A stretch of DNA of 63,153 nucleotides, counting the filler, from Phoronis australis (taxonomy: Eukaryota > Animalia > Phoronida), in assembly GCA_002633005.1 (NCBI GenBank). It is 5 parts of 5 records of this genome, joined end to end, with 100 filler letters (N's around TTAATTAATTAA, not from the genome) between each part and the next. Parts side by side here need not be neighbours in the genome. Positions count along the whole stretch, not along the records: positions 1 to 26,773 come from NMRA01001149.1; 4 more parts are not named here. One strand, given 5' to 3'. Within the stretch, counting starts at the first letter, position 1. Each line of letters begins with the position of its first letter. A program made the translations under genes and the position numbers. Below, one piece after another: positions 12,514-24,700 of the stretch. The notes under the pieces are model-generated. The model saw nothing but the letters and a program-made list of their open reading frames with translations, ran no database searches and was not told the origin of the DNA.

Positions 12514-13325
12514 CCTAATTATCGGACGGAACCTAAATATCGGACATTTCATAGAATCTTACTTGAAGCATAATCTGAGAATTAAATGACACCAATTTTT
12601 GTTCCGTTGTAATGCATTCAATGTCCGGCACCGTCTCGTTTTTTACAGCGTTGCCTCGTTTTGATTTCACCGAGAGAGGGTGCAATTTAGACCCCCAAGT
12701 CGGCCTAAAATGGACGATCGCATAAATCGGTTATAAAAGTTGAAAATAAAATCTTTTTCCACAATGAAACCATCTCATTGAACTGACAATATGTCACTGT
12801 TCCATTTTTTCGTTTGTTTTTAAACTCAAGTCAAACCCCGACCGCGCACGTGCGGGTGTCATATCAAGAAGCCTAAGTGATACTAAAAACTGCAGTGAGT
12901 TTGCACGTGCTTTAGTCGTCTGCACTAATTCATCGAAACGACTTGGCGCCGTCATCAGATTTCATTTCATGGATAATTTTGTTGCGAATGGACCTGGGTT
13001 CTAGCAGCATATATGTCAAAACACTCGAGCTGAAATTTGGCGACAAGGTGCCCGCGGCCATTACGTGGTTAGTCAGTTTTCCGCGGTGTGGCGTATGGAG
13101 AAACATGGTGTCCGATATTTAGGTTCTCCGAAGGTTTGGTTGTTGTGTTTTTTGAAGATCAGTCGGAACATAAATGTGGCTTTCAGTGACAAGATATAGT
13201 AACAGAACAATTCCGTGAAGGTAAATCTTTATTTCAGCAAAGAATTTACAACAATCCGTAATGTTTTCAATTAAATATAATGCAAAATGTGCCAAAACGT
13301 CCGATAATTAGGTCACTTGACTGTA
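12514..13325. mobile_element. Tc1/mariner-pogo-type non-autonomous element (left end eroded)
   Basis: cctaattatcggac and aacctaaatatcggaca at the left are mirrored by tgtccgatatttaggtt (~13109) and gtccgataattaggtcacttgactg|ta at the right. The CTG-TA terminus is typical of TA-duplicating elements. Confidence 0.55.
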
Positions 13326-16300
13326 AATGCAGATAAATGATGATAAATCTCTTGTTCCTTGAACGGTGGAGTGTATTGCGGGGCTTAGTTAAGAAACAAC
13401 TTTCTTCATTTTGACGAGTTCCTTCTGTTTTCGTGTTTTTTAGTTTGTATACGATGCATTTTAGTGGCAAGGAACATAGATTGAAGTTAGTTTTTGAATT
13501 CCATCTTTGATAATAGTCTGGTGTCTCCCAGAAAGATTTCTTTGAAAAATATTTAGGTCAGCAGGCCAGTCAATTAAATTGCTGATTAGAATTTTACTCT
13601 GTGCATGTAATTCTTCAAAACTATTATCTTTTCTTGTGATATTTTGCCTTCTCACCCAGCCTGAGTTTGAGTGGAACATGAAACTGACCTGAGGCCATGC
13701 TTTGTAATGTGCAAATGATACATTGCAGCAGTTGTTGTTTTTTAGTCAGAACAGCTTAACTGTGATGTTGCAACTGTTCCTAAATGATTTTTTTTAATAC
13801 TTTGCACGCTTAAGTTAATGCAGGGCTATTAGTTCGAAAAAACATGTGATAGCGTTCACACTCAAATCAAAAATTCGCATTTAATTTGATTACCATTAAA
13901 ACGTACGATGTCCCTCTTTTTTAGATATTGACATCTGGCTGTGCCGCGACTCAAGGCTCACGCCTGTCATGTTAATTGTTCAGAATTTCCCGCCAACAAG
14001 TTCTGCACCTGACCATAAATGAAGCGGTTGATTTTCTGTTGCTGTTTTTATTTTAAAAGAGCCTCCGTATTAAGATAGGAATAGAGGTCTTTAATATATG
14101 GTGATTAAACTAGCTAGTTTTCAAGCTGGTCAATCTCATAATGCATGTACTCCTGCGTCCATACGGCGTGTTTTCTTAATGAGAGGGTTAGAGAGGTTAC
14201 ACATTCGTCTTCTTAAACCTGCATGCTTAAATAAGTGTTGTTACGGTAATGTAAACGAATATAACTAAGTCCTCTAGTGATTTTGTGCAATATTTACATC
14301 CATTAACGTTTACAAACACTTGACAAGTTATACAAAATATAGCCCAAGGACGAAGAATGGGACGAACGCCAACACCATCACTTGAGCTTGTGGTATCTCG
14401 AGTCGCCGTCATCACCTAGTTGTCCCCACATTGTCCACAGCTCCCGGCTAAATGTTGCAGACGAGTTCCACGCACAAGAGCAGACGTAACTGTCTTCACA
14501 GTTGAATGCGCTCACCACATCAACAAACCACTTGCTCAGTAGTTTGACGACATAGAAACTTTAGAATGTTCGACACCAGTGTCTAGCTAACAGTTTACCA
14601 AGTGTTTTATTGTAACAATCTCCACTCACGTCCGCACATCACAGGCCAACTTGAACTCCGCGGTCAGCAACTGGACACTGGGTAAAACCGAAAACTGAAC
14701 CCTAGCGGGAATAGAGAGATGTGCATCGACAATACAGTAGCAGTGTTGACCAGATATGTGGCACACACATCTGAGTTACTTAAGAGATTGATTTCTTCAT
14801 TCTTCAGTGGTTTTGGTGACATCCATGTTAATATTTACTGGTGCACACTTCCTAATGGAGGCGCATGTCTTATCATGCTCGTGAAACTATGGTCATGACG
14901 GACCGCAGAAGTTTTTCACCGCACCTTGGAGATTGTCTCCATTAGGCACAGAATTACATTTACTGCTTTCGATTCGTTTCAGATGCGAGGGCTTATTTCT
15001 ATAGCATTTATTCTTATCTTTTACTTCGAAATGCAGATTGTACGTACATAAGTGTATACAGTACATGAAATTCTTGAGGAGTACTTCTTTGTTATACTGA
15101 GATTGTCTTTTTGAATGATGGGACTGTAGGCTCAACTCCACTTGCTCACCTGAGCTACTATTGAGATCACTATACACAACTCTATAGTTGTATGACAGCT
15201 GAAAGCTGCTTGTAATTCTTTCTGAAACACTGTCAAAAGTCTATGACAACCTTAGACAGGTACAGTATGGATGTGAAACTGCGTTGTCCACCTAAATTTT
15301 ACACAAGCAGGGTTGAAAGCGAATTTTCCACTCGAAAACATTTCTATGGGCTCAGACATACTGGTATATGATGATCCAGAGAATGCCAAGGGCAATCCAC
15401 ATTGAGACCAACATTTTGGTTAATTGTGATTTACATTGTTTCTGACTAAAAAGGTAATAAATTCATCAAGTGTAAGGTTTCATCAACAATGACCCCAATG
15501 ATTGGTGTCTTTCAATGCATGACATGTCATTTTTTTTTCGTTTGATGCGGAAATTGGCAGACATGTGCAGAGAATTTGAATTTCCAGTTTGAAAAAAATT
15601 GGACAAATAATTTTCTGTGAATTGTAGAAAAGTTTTGTTTTTTTATGCTGATAGTGAAATTTTTGTGAAGCACAACGCACACATTTTTGATATCTTCAAG
15701 TCACTTTGTAAGACCGCTTCATGTGAGGTCAGTGAGTGTGACAGATGTACATGTTCGGAATCTAATTCAGTGCTATAAACAAGTTTATTGATTTGTAACA
15801 AGGTCCATGTTCTAGATTACTGAATTATTCTGTTGGGTGCTCTTTGTTTTCAACCAAGTTTGCTTTTTAGTGAATGATTTGACCACTATTTCTTTTCTTA
15901 TATTTAACAAGTCAGTTCATTTGCTTCACAAAGTTTCTGAATCATATTTATCAAGAAAAAGAAAGTTTTCCAAATACAATATTTCTTCAAGTTTTGTTTC
16001 TGTTCTGTCTGAGACTCGAAAATTCTTTTTATTCACTGATGAAGCAATTATCTGTTCTCTTAAATAATACATCTGAAGATAATGTTATCATCAATTCTAA
16101 ATTGTATTTCATTATTTTGCATGTCTTCCTGTGTATCTTCATCATTAATAAATTTTCCAACTTAGTTTGCTTCTAATATGTTTAACGCACTTCGTGCCTT
16201 CTTACAAACTGTTGTTGAAATTCCACAGATACTTTCCCGAAGTAGATTCTCTAAATTTAAATTTGACACAAAGTGGAACACCTTACAGTCGGAGAAATAA

Positions 16301-16940
16301 CGGTTTTGAATAATTAGGTCACTGACAGTGTGGCTAAGGTTATTAGAAGCTGGAAAAAGTCTATTATTGTCGGTTCTATAGGGATTTTTTAACTTTTATG
16401 CCTCCATGTAATTAGCTGAAACAAATTTTTTATATCAAAAAGGTTCATTTGTTCTAATATTAATTCTTTTGCTTTAGGGTTCGTCTGGTGCTTATGGATT
16501 GAATTAAACTAAAGTTACCACAAATAATCTTTTTTCATGAATTTGTTAGTGACAATCATAAAAGTGCTATTTTTGATAAACCCTCAATTCCTAACATTGT
16601 TTTGGTTAACAGTGCATATAGTATAGTGTCTGAAAGTTATGAATCGATCCAATCAGCTTTTCTAAGATTGTGTTATGATGTTGGCTGAATTTGGGCGCTT
16701 TTCCAGGGACTTACAATCTGATGGTGTTTTAGCCATTCAGAGAACAAAATAGTAATTGGTGGTGTTTGAAATCTGATATTTTGTTATCAGGATTGATCCA
16801 TCTTTACATAATAATACGCGGAATCCATCATTTACTCATAATGCTGCAGGATCAAGGAAATGTATTAAAAAAGCATGCAAACCAACTTCCTGGTTTCATT
16901 TTATTTTTTTTCAAATTTCTTTGATTTTCTATTACAGACA

Positions 16941-18896
16941 ATGGCTGAATGCTCTGACGAAGAAGGCTTTCAGCGAATACTAGAGTGTCCAATTTGTCTG
17001 GAACGTATCACAGATCCACGCTGTTTACCATGCCTCCACTCGTTCTGTGGAAAATGCATTGGGCAACACATGGACGAAAAACAAAAAGACGGCTCCTTCC
17101 CTTGTCCAGTGTGCACATTGTTATTCAAGGTTCCACCAGATGGCGTGACAGGGTTCAAACCTAACTTCTACCTGATACAAATTAGTGAGTTATTCCCAGT
17201 AGTGTCCGAAGTCAAATGTGACTTTTGTAAGCTTCAAGGCGCCGACAACTCGGCGACCTCTATGTGCATTCAGTGTAAGGACCACCTGTGTCAACGATGT
17301 GCGGACTTTCATTGTTTAACTAAAGTGACTGTTGAACACCATGTGGTCAGTTTGGAGGAAGTCAGGAGCGGTCAGCACTTGGAGGAAATTCGCCAGTTTC
17401 AGCAAATTCACTGCTCAAAACACGCCAAGAAGACGTTGGAGATTTACTGCGAGAATTGCGTAAAACCTCTATGTCACTTGTGCGCAATGCTTGAACACAA
17501 ACAACACGAGATGAAAAATCTAGAAGAAGCTGCGGCGGAAGCTGTTGAAGTCATGAAAGGTTTACTGAAGCCCTGGACAGTGGCTTCAGATCATTCCATC
17601 ATGTTGTCTGCAGAACGGAAGAAAGTTTTAGACAATCTTGTTGAAGAAGAAGAACTGCTGATTAAAGAAATACAACAAGTGTACAACACATTTAAAGAGG
17701 ACATTTTGGTTGAAATTGAATCAAAGATGAATCAGTCGATTGAGGTACTGAAAGTGGAGATCGCTAAAGCCCGCAAACAAGCTGAGATGGCGTACAATGA
17801 AGCTGAGTTCAGCAGAGTGAACATAAGTAGCACTTTGAAATATTGCCAGAAAATCCTCGACTCGGCACAGGATGTTGAAAAACTGCAACAATTTCAGGAC
17901 ATTAAAGCGCGACTCGATAAGCTAGACATTCGGAAGATGGAAAAAGATGTGATCAAACCAGTGTTCAGACAGCATCCGAGCACTTTGGCAATCCCTGATT
18001 TGACAAGGAAGACGTTGACAGAGCATGAGAAAGAGCGTGTTGCATTGCGGGTGTCAGAGATATGTCATCAGCCTGTTATAAGGGAGAAAGTGGCACTAGT
18101 GCACAGTTACGATGTGCTCAACCCGCAGAATGTACGGGTGAACAAGGATTACTATTATGGCCTGACACTGAATGATGATTGGTTGATTGCTACATTTCTC
18201 AATAGTCATCAAGTTAAAGTCTTTGACAGGTCTAGTGGTAGTTTCGTGTTTCAGATGGGTCGTGGTCAACATAACCTACAGTACCCGAGGGGTGTAACAT
18301 GTACTGATGAGGGTGATATATTTGTTACATATGATAGTATTAATGGTGTGGTGAGGTACAACAGTAAGGGTGAGGTAATGAAGGTCACACCCAATGTGTT
18401 TAAAAGTTGGGGTGGTATCACATGTCATGATGACCAGATTATTATGGCAGATTATCGTGGTGAACGACTTCTTATTGCTGACTTTGAATGTAACATTAAT
18501 AAAGTGATCACTAAGGTGTCACTTGGACTGAGTGCATTCAGACCATGGTACGTGTGTGTAGACAAGGAGGGACATCTGGTGGTGAGTGATTATGGTCAAG
18601 GTCGTGTACACGTTATTGACTACAAACAGTCAGTCATAGTTAAAACATTCAGTGAAGGACTGACTGCTGCATGTCCACTGGGTGTATGTTTTGATGAGTG
18701 GGGACACATTCTTGTTGCTGACTACAATAATAACCAGGTTGTGTTAATGTCAGATCAGTCAGAGCACCCACGTGTGCTCATCACATGTGATGACGTCAGC
18801 AGGCCTACTGACCTAGCTGTTACTGGTCCTGGTGAAGTTGCCGTGTTGGAGGAAGATACTGGTATGGTGAAGGTGTTCAAGTACGCTGATATTTGA
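16941..18896 (+). CDS. TRIM-NHL E3 ubiquitin ligase (RING, B-box1, B-box2, coiled coil, NHL beta-propeller), 651 aa, intronless CDS
   Basis: RING CPIC..LPCLHSFC..C..CPVC; B-box1 CDFC..C..C...LC..C...H; B-box2 CSKH..YCENC..LC..C...EH..H; heptad-rich middle; NHL repeats (YPRGVT, PWYVCVD, CPLGVCFDEWGHILVADYNNN). The true start is probably ATG 16941, just after the acceptor ttttctattacag (16937), implying an upstream non-coding exon. Confidence 0.93.
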   Translation: MAECSDEEGFQRILECPICLERITDPRCLPCLHSFCGKCIGQHMDEKQKDGSFPCPVCTLLFKVPPDGVTGFKPNFYLIQISELFPVVSEVKCDFCKLQGADNSATSMCIQCKDHLCQRCADFHCLTKVTVEHHVVSLEEVRSGQHLEEIRQFQQIHCSKHAKKTLEIYCENCVKPLCHLCAMLEHKQHEMKNLEEAAAEAVEVMKGLLKPWTVASDHSIMLSAERKKVLDNLVEEEELLIKEIQQVYNTFKEDILVEIESKMNQSIEVLKVEIAKARKQAEMAYNEAEFSRVNISSTLKYCQKILDSAQDVEKLQQFQDIKARLDKLDIRKMEKDVIKPVFRQHPSTLAIPDLTRKTLTEHEKERVALRVSEICHQPVIREKVALVHSYDVLNPQNVRVNKDYYYGLTLNDDWLIATFLNSHQVKVFDRSSGSFVFQMGRGQHNLQYPRGVTCTDEGDIFVTYDSINGVVRYNSKGEVMKVTPNVFKSWGGITCHDDQIIMADYRGERLLIADFECNINKVITKVSLGLSAFRPWYVCVDKEGHLVVSDYGQGRVHVIDYKQSVIVKTFSEGLTAACPLGVCFDEWGHILVADYNNNQVVLMSDQSEHPRVLITCDDVSRPTDLAVTGPGEVAVLEEDTGMVKVFKYADI

Positions 18897-20934
18897 ACTG
18901 TTCACTGATTTGCAAATTGAACAAATTGAACATTGGTTTGTGGGTCCGTGTTGTGTTGCAACTACATTTTGACTCTCTTGAAGCTGTTCTGAACCCATGT
19001 ACATTGTATGGAATAGTGTTGGGGTCATTTGAAGTGTTAACTGAACATTTGATGCCTTTAAAGTAGTTTAACTTTGATCAACAAAATTGTGCATCTAAAG
19101 TAGCCTCAATCCTTAAGTCTTGAAATACTTCAACTTCAAGAAAAATGTACAGAATCCGCAAAAGCTAAGAAACGCATGATTCCATGAATGGCCATAAGTG
19201 TTTTATCTATGCAAATGGTGTTCCTGCGGTTTACTATTACTAAAGCGGGCTAAAAATGAAATTCAAATTGGGCCTTTTACTTTCATAAAATTTGTCTCAT
19301 AATTTCCTTACCTTACAGGATTTCAGAAACAATTAGCTATCCAAGGAAAGTTATCAAATTTTATTAGCTTTGGCTCCTAAAATTGTGAATTCCAGTTTGG
19401 CGCATGTCTGCATTGCCTGTGACAGTCCATGGTTCAACAATTTGTCTTGCAATGCTTTCAAACCACGAACTGCTTTGTTTAAGAATTTAACATCGGCAGT
19501 TTAGCAGCGACGAAATGCTTCTTTAGGAGGTGACAACGAGCAGTTAAGTGTCATTATTGTTGCGCTTCCCAGGGCCACAGCTCTACAGAAATACACACAG
19601 CATAAACAGCCAGTCTGTCATGCTACTGGATTTTGATTTAGGGGTTTTCAACGATATTGCTTAAAAAACGCCATGCACAGTATTTGATTCAGGTCCAGTT
19701 AATTCGATTTCACGCTCAACTGTTAGTTTTCACTAATATTGTCTTTACACAGCTCTAAATAATATGTATTTTACTGTATCCTATTGATTGTCTTTCTGTT
19801 TCACACTGTGCATCACAGGCCCTTGAGTTTATCTGCTCCTCGATTACCACTGACACAACTCACTGTAATAAAACGTGTGGCTATGAGTCAGTGGGAAATT
19901 CGTCAGCCTGTACTATACACGATCAATGCTTTTACTAAGTAATAATCATGATGGTCACTGGTCAGTCTTACATGTCACATTATGCGCAGGACTGCTTGTA
20001 TAATATAGGATTATAACACAAAATTAGTGTGTCGTTCTTTACCTTTATAATTGACCTAGAGGTAACATTTTAAATCCACAATTTACACCAATATTTGGTT
20101 ACCACATAGGTGCATTTGCTCCCAATCGTCAGTACATTAGTTTTCTAAATAAACTAGACTTCGACAGAACTCCATTAGACCCTACCACATTTGGACGAAC
20201 TTTTCGTCGTTAAATCAAACCCTTATGTCGATTAAATAGCATTCTAGTCAAATACTAGAATCCAATGTTAAGTTACTTTGCCTTGCCGCTATTATGTTTT
20301 TTTTTGTGAAATTAATGGACACTGGAGGCAACTTAGAGCAAGGTGCAACACCATGGCCTGGTGAGACTTACCGAGAATTGTTTTCGTGGAAAAGAAGTGG
20401 ATATTTAGTCACTGTTTTGTGCGTGAACGTTGTCGAGTTCCGATGTTTTCCTTTTTTGAAAACTTCTGAGGATGGTTACTCGATAAAAAGAGTTTTTTTA
20501 TGCACCTGGCCTCAGTTGTACGAGCAGCATTTGAGTAGAACTTAGGAATTTGGCTGTGAAGGATTCTAGATGCCTTGCATTTTCTCAATTCGATATGTTT
20601 TATAGTACGATAAGTCCAATATTTCATTTCAAAATAAGATTTTATTTGATAAACTAAACCATATACACTTTTTTAACTTCATCCCAACTGAAAGGAAGTT
20701 TTGGCTCAGCATGTTTTTACTGTAGATTCAATCTGCAGAGTCATTTTGAGCGCTGGAAGCGATGCAGCAGTAAAAGGTCGAACTGCTCTTTTATGTAATA
20801 CGCAGTCGATGTAAAGTTGTAACTGCCCTATGTGCAAATTTTGGCCAGCTAGTAGGACTTAATTGGCGTTTCAAGGTAGCGTGAACGTGAACTAAAACTC
20901 TTTATTAGGCACGTCCCGAAGACTTTGAAACCAA

Positions 20935-21590
20935 ATCCTGTCATTAAGTATGGATGGAAGACCAACTGAGAAGGTGATTGCCTTTAAATATCTTGGACTG
21001 ATATATGATCAAAATCTTAAATTCTCTCACCACGTTGATTATATCTCGAAAAAGGTGTCTAAGAAAATTGGCGTATTGAAACGCATCATAAATTTGTGAA
21101 CAGAGTAACCCTGAAAACACTTTTTAATGCTATCATTCAACCTCACCTAGATTATTGCCTCCCGGCGTGGCGCGTTGCACCAGACAAGGATATGAAAACC
21201 ATCCAGGTTATCTAAAATAGGGCTGCCCGGATTATTCTGGGAGCTTGTGTTAGAGATATTAACATTGAAAACCTTCATAAAGAGACTGGAATAATGAAAA
21301 TACACACAAGATATAAATTCCTTTCAGCTTTTTGTATGTACAAATGTTTCAAACGACTTGTCCCAACATACTTAAGTGCTAAGTTTGAGATGACTACTAA
21401 TCGCTACAATACTAGGACCTCATTATCATCAAATTTCAATCTTCCTAAACCCAGAATCGAAACTGGGTAAAAATCATGTTCCTACAGCGGGTCCTATTTA
21501 AGGAACACTCTCCCTGCAGATGCCAAACCTGCATCATCCTTTATAACCTCCAAAAGAATTATAAGAAGTAGATTTAACTTCACGTAGATG
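20935..21590 (+). mobile_element. 3' fragment of a CR1/L2-type LINE (RT C-terminus), decayed
   Basis: Translations FKYLGLIYDQNLKFSHHVDYISKKVSKKIGVLKR, FNAIIQPHLDYC and I*NRAARIIL, with stops and frameshifts. Confidence 0.85.
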
Positions 21591-21783
21591 TGTTCTGTTA
21601 AGCAATTTTACATCCAGTATCCCCATATCAGATTATTTTTATTCATGTGTACATATGTGTATGTGTGTCCATGTAGTTGTGTATTCATGTGCATGTTTGT
21701 ATTTAAGTAACGTAGAAAATAAATCTGAAACTAAATAAGGCGATCCAGATCCTCCCAAGGATACTATTGTTTCACGAAATGTA

Positions 21784-21929
21784 GAATATAAATAGGTAAA
21801 TAAAACAACAAGAATGGATCAACTGAAATATTTCTGTTTCTGTTTCTGTTGATAAAGGAAGCTATTACCTCCGAAAATTTCAAATTTCAGTTGATCCATT
21901 TTTGTTGTTTTATTTACCTATTTATATTC
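21784..21929. repeat. 46-bp inverted repeat (1 mismatch) with ~54-nt spacer
   Basis: gaatataaataggtaaataaaacaacaagaatggatcaactgaaat (21784-21829) is the reverse complement of 21884-21929 except for one base. Confidence 0.9.
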
Positions 21930-21934
21930 TGTAT

Positions 21935-22012
21935 TTATGTACGTATGTATGTATGCATGTATGTATGTATGCATGTATGTATGTATGTATGTATGTATGT
22001 ATGTATGTATGT
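21935..22012. repeat. (TATG)n microsatellite
   Basis: Directly visible; a related (TATG/TG) tract lies at ~22219-22262. Confidence 0.95.
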
Positions 22013-22814
22013 GTTCACGAGTGTTTTAACGTTTTGCAGATGTTCCACTGTTTGTAAGTGTTTATACTACTGCGCATGCTTATATGTCACGTGAGAGTTA
22101 GTCGAAATATAGAGTCCATATCGTTAAAGTAAAAGAAGGGCGTTGTTATTATTTTATTATCGTGTTTCACCGTAAATCGTTTTTAAAAATAAGAATTTAG
22201 TTGTGCACCATCGGCACAGTATGTATGTGTGTATGTGTGTATGTATGTGAGTGTGTATTTATATACGTATGTGATAGTCTTTCTCCACAGTTGTCGTGTA
22301 ACTCACCTTAAAGCGTGTATGTAGTTCACGCTCCGTGTTTACAAGACTTTGTAAGCAGTTTTCAAATTTTCCTCCAAACTCTGGGTTACCGAGGATTGCA
22401 GAGCATTATTTTGATTCTGAGGACTGAATGGAAAGTAATTTTTGATGTCTGGGAATTGGCCAAAATCGCGGGTTTGATATCTTTAGATGTTGTGCGACCG
22501 CGCCTCTATTTGGCACGCGCTCCGTAATCCCACTTTCTTGCAAAAAAGCAAGAATTCGCAAAATTTCGCGAGACATCATTATTGCCACGTACTGCAAACG
22601 AAACACGTAACAATACTAACTGTGCTAGCGAGATTCTTGCCCCTGCGACACTCCTCACTGGAATGATAACTGAACGAAGGAAAGTTGTAATGATCCGTCC
22701 TCGCGCAGAGGGAGTAACAGTGCAAGTCTCCTGCATTTAACTACTCCTGTGACGCAAACGGCAACACTTTATATTAGAACATGTTATAATAAACAATTTA
22801 CAGGCCATCAAAAT

Positions 22815-24700
22815 CTTTTCATACCATTGCCAGTAAATATCTCATTATCCAACTAAATGATGTAATAATTTAAATGCAAAATACAGTTATAACAACTATA
22901 AGAACCTTAACTGTCATTAGCATGTACAAAACTTTAATTTATAACATACATGTATTAACAAAGTTGAACTTGGTGCTCCAACTCAGCACGTCAAATTGCA
23001 AAAAATCATTGCTGAGGGAATGGCCAGAAATAAAGCGCATTCAATTTCTTCAGTTGTTCAACATGATATAATTTTTTCAAAGATTGAATACCTCGAGAAA
23101 TTTATCAAGAATTCCAGTTAGCTTTTTTGAGTAACTGCGCAAAATGACAAGCGTAGGATGCAGTCCGACATGGTGTTTGTTTAAAAGATTAAAAGTAACG
23201 ACCTTCTGAAGTTAAACCGAACAGCACGGAGGAATAAAGCTTTAACTAAGTTCTGCAACCAGTACCAGTAATACCGGCAGTCTGGCAGAGATGATGCATG
23301 TGCGTTATGCAAAATTACAATTGATTGTCTGACTGCTTCAAGGAATTGGCTATTATCCTAAGACACCAACTATCAGTTCGTAACAACTGGAAATTGCGAT
23401 CTCGTTATTTGGGTGGCAAACAAGAAATAAAATAGAAAATAACATGTCGGTAAATATCATATTAGATATATGAGTCAGAGACTGAGGTTATGGATTAAAA
23501 CCGCAAACCCAATGTTTGGCACATTCTTGTAACAGATCTGTTAGCATTTGACAAAAAAAATAAAGGGTCCTTTTCACTACAGATGTAGAAATTGTGAATA
23601 AAATGAACACGGTGACTTGAAAATAACAAAAATGGTGACTCATATCTGCATGTAGTACCAGTGTGTTAAAAGTTGAAGTAATTCACGACAAGCCTTAGAA
23701 CCGCGATGTTCTACTCCAAATTGCACGTAACGACTTCCACGCAAACTCAACAAAGACATGAATATTATGCACACAATATTTACAAAATCACGTTCAAGTG
23801 ACTTTAGAACAAAAAAAATCTCGTAACAAAATGACGTAAATTCGTCACCACAGTTACAGTCTAGTATCTTCCGTTTCAGGCGTCTCTTTTTCTTCAACAT
23901 ACATCTCATCGATTGGCACCACCTAACCTGCAAACGCATTACTAAGGTCACAGACGATGACAAAAAGAGCATTTTTAAAAATGCAAAATAGCAAAATTGC
24001 TCACATCACTTCTCCATTACCGGAGATGAAATTTAACCTGTGTCGCAAAATCACGTGAAAAGATCTCATTTGTAAGCAATCCTAGACATGCTTGTTATGA
24101 CCAACGCAAAATGAGTGACAGATGGGTCACTCAGATGATTGCATTGGTCTAACTGTGGAAGTGCTCTTGTGCCACATTTGCTTTGTGTTTGTGGAACTGC
24201 GCAATAGTACTACGGTGGGCGTGGCCAGGCAGAGAGTTTGCTCGCCCATTTGGCGAAGTGGAGAAAAGGTCCGCCCCAGAGAAACAAAAAGTCCCAGATA
24301 ACGAGACAAAAAGTCCACTAAAAAGGCGCAAACGCACAATGCGCAGCTCTGGACGTGGTACCTAGTTTATTTTTTTATTTATTTATTTATTTATTTATTT
24401 ATTCCTTTCGCCTCTTTTGTCGGTAAAACGTCCACGTCTTTGGAAATTCGAGTCCCCAAGGCTGGTTGCGCGTATGGAAAACAAGTCTCGCCTACCACTA
24501 TATTCGTCCAGCGTCGCGACTGCCTTGACGTTGCCCTTACTCATCTCTTGCATGGATAGCTCATCTCCCAGGATTTCATCTTCTGGAACGGGGTTGTCCT
24601 GGCCATTCTCAGTACCACTCCGATGTTCACTCTCTAAACCCTGTAAGACCAACATAGAATGAGTAGAGGCACTCAGGTATAGAACACATGGCATTGGGCA
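22815..24700 (-). pseudogene. Inverted genomic duplicate of the 3' end of the podocalyxin-like gene (exons 24640-24496 and 23927-23854 plus 3'UTR) with premature TAG
   Basis: Exon tcttacag|GLESEHRSGTENGQDNPVPEDEILGDELSMQEMSKGNVKAVATLDEYS G|GTAGGC, then exon tttgcag|G*VVPIDEMYVEEKETPETEDTRL*. Intron phases are the same and the last exon has the same 74-nt length as 4092-4165. Intron ends and several UTR blocks align with 3470-5870. Confidence 0.85.
24244..24339 (-). repeat. ~95-bp dispersed repeat, inverted partner at 27824-27918
   Basis: The reverse complement of this segment matches gtgcgcgtttgcgc..tttagtggactttt..ggactttttgt..gcggacct..cacttcgccaaatg at 27824. Confidence 0.8.

Noticed and set aside
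16875-16940. N-terminal extension of the TRIM ORF (MQTNFLVSFYFF...)
   Set aside because: It is a polypyrimidine tract and acceptor; ATG 16941 is the likelier start.
23246-23281. Candidate terminal exon TAGITGTGCRT* for the ZP gene
   Set aside because: The sequence aligns with the 3'UTR of the podocalyxin-like gene (~5190-5255), so it is duplicated UTR rather than an exon.
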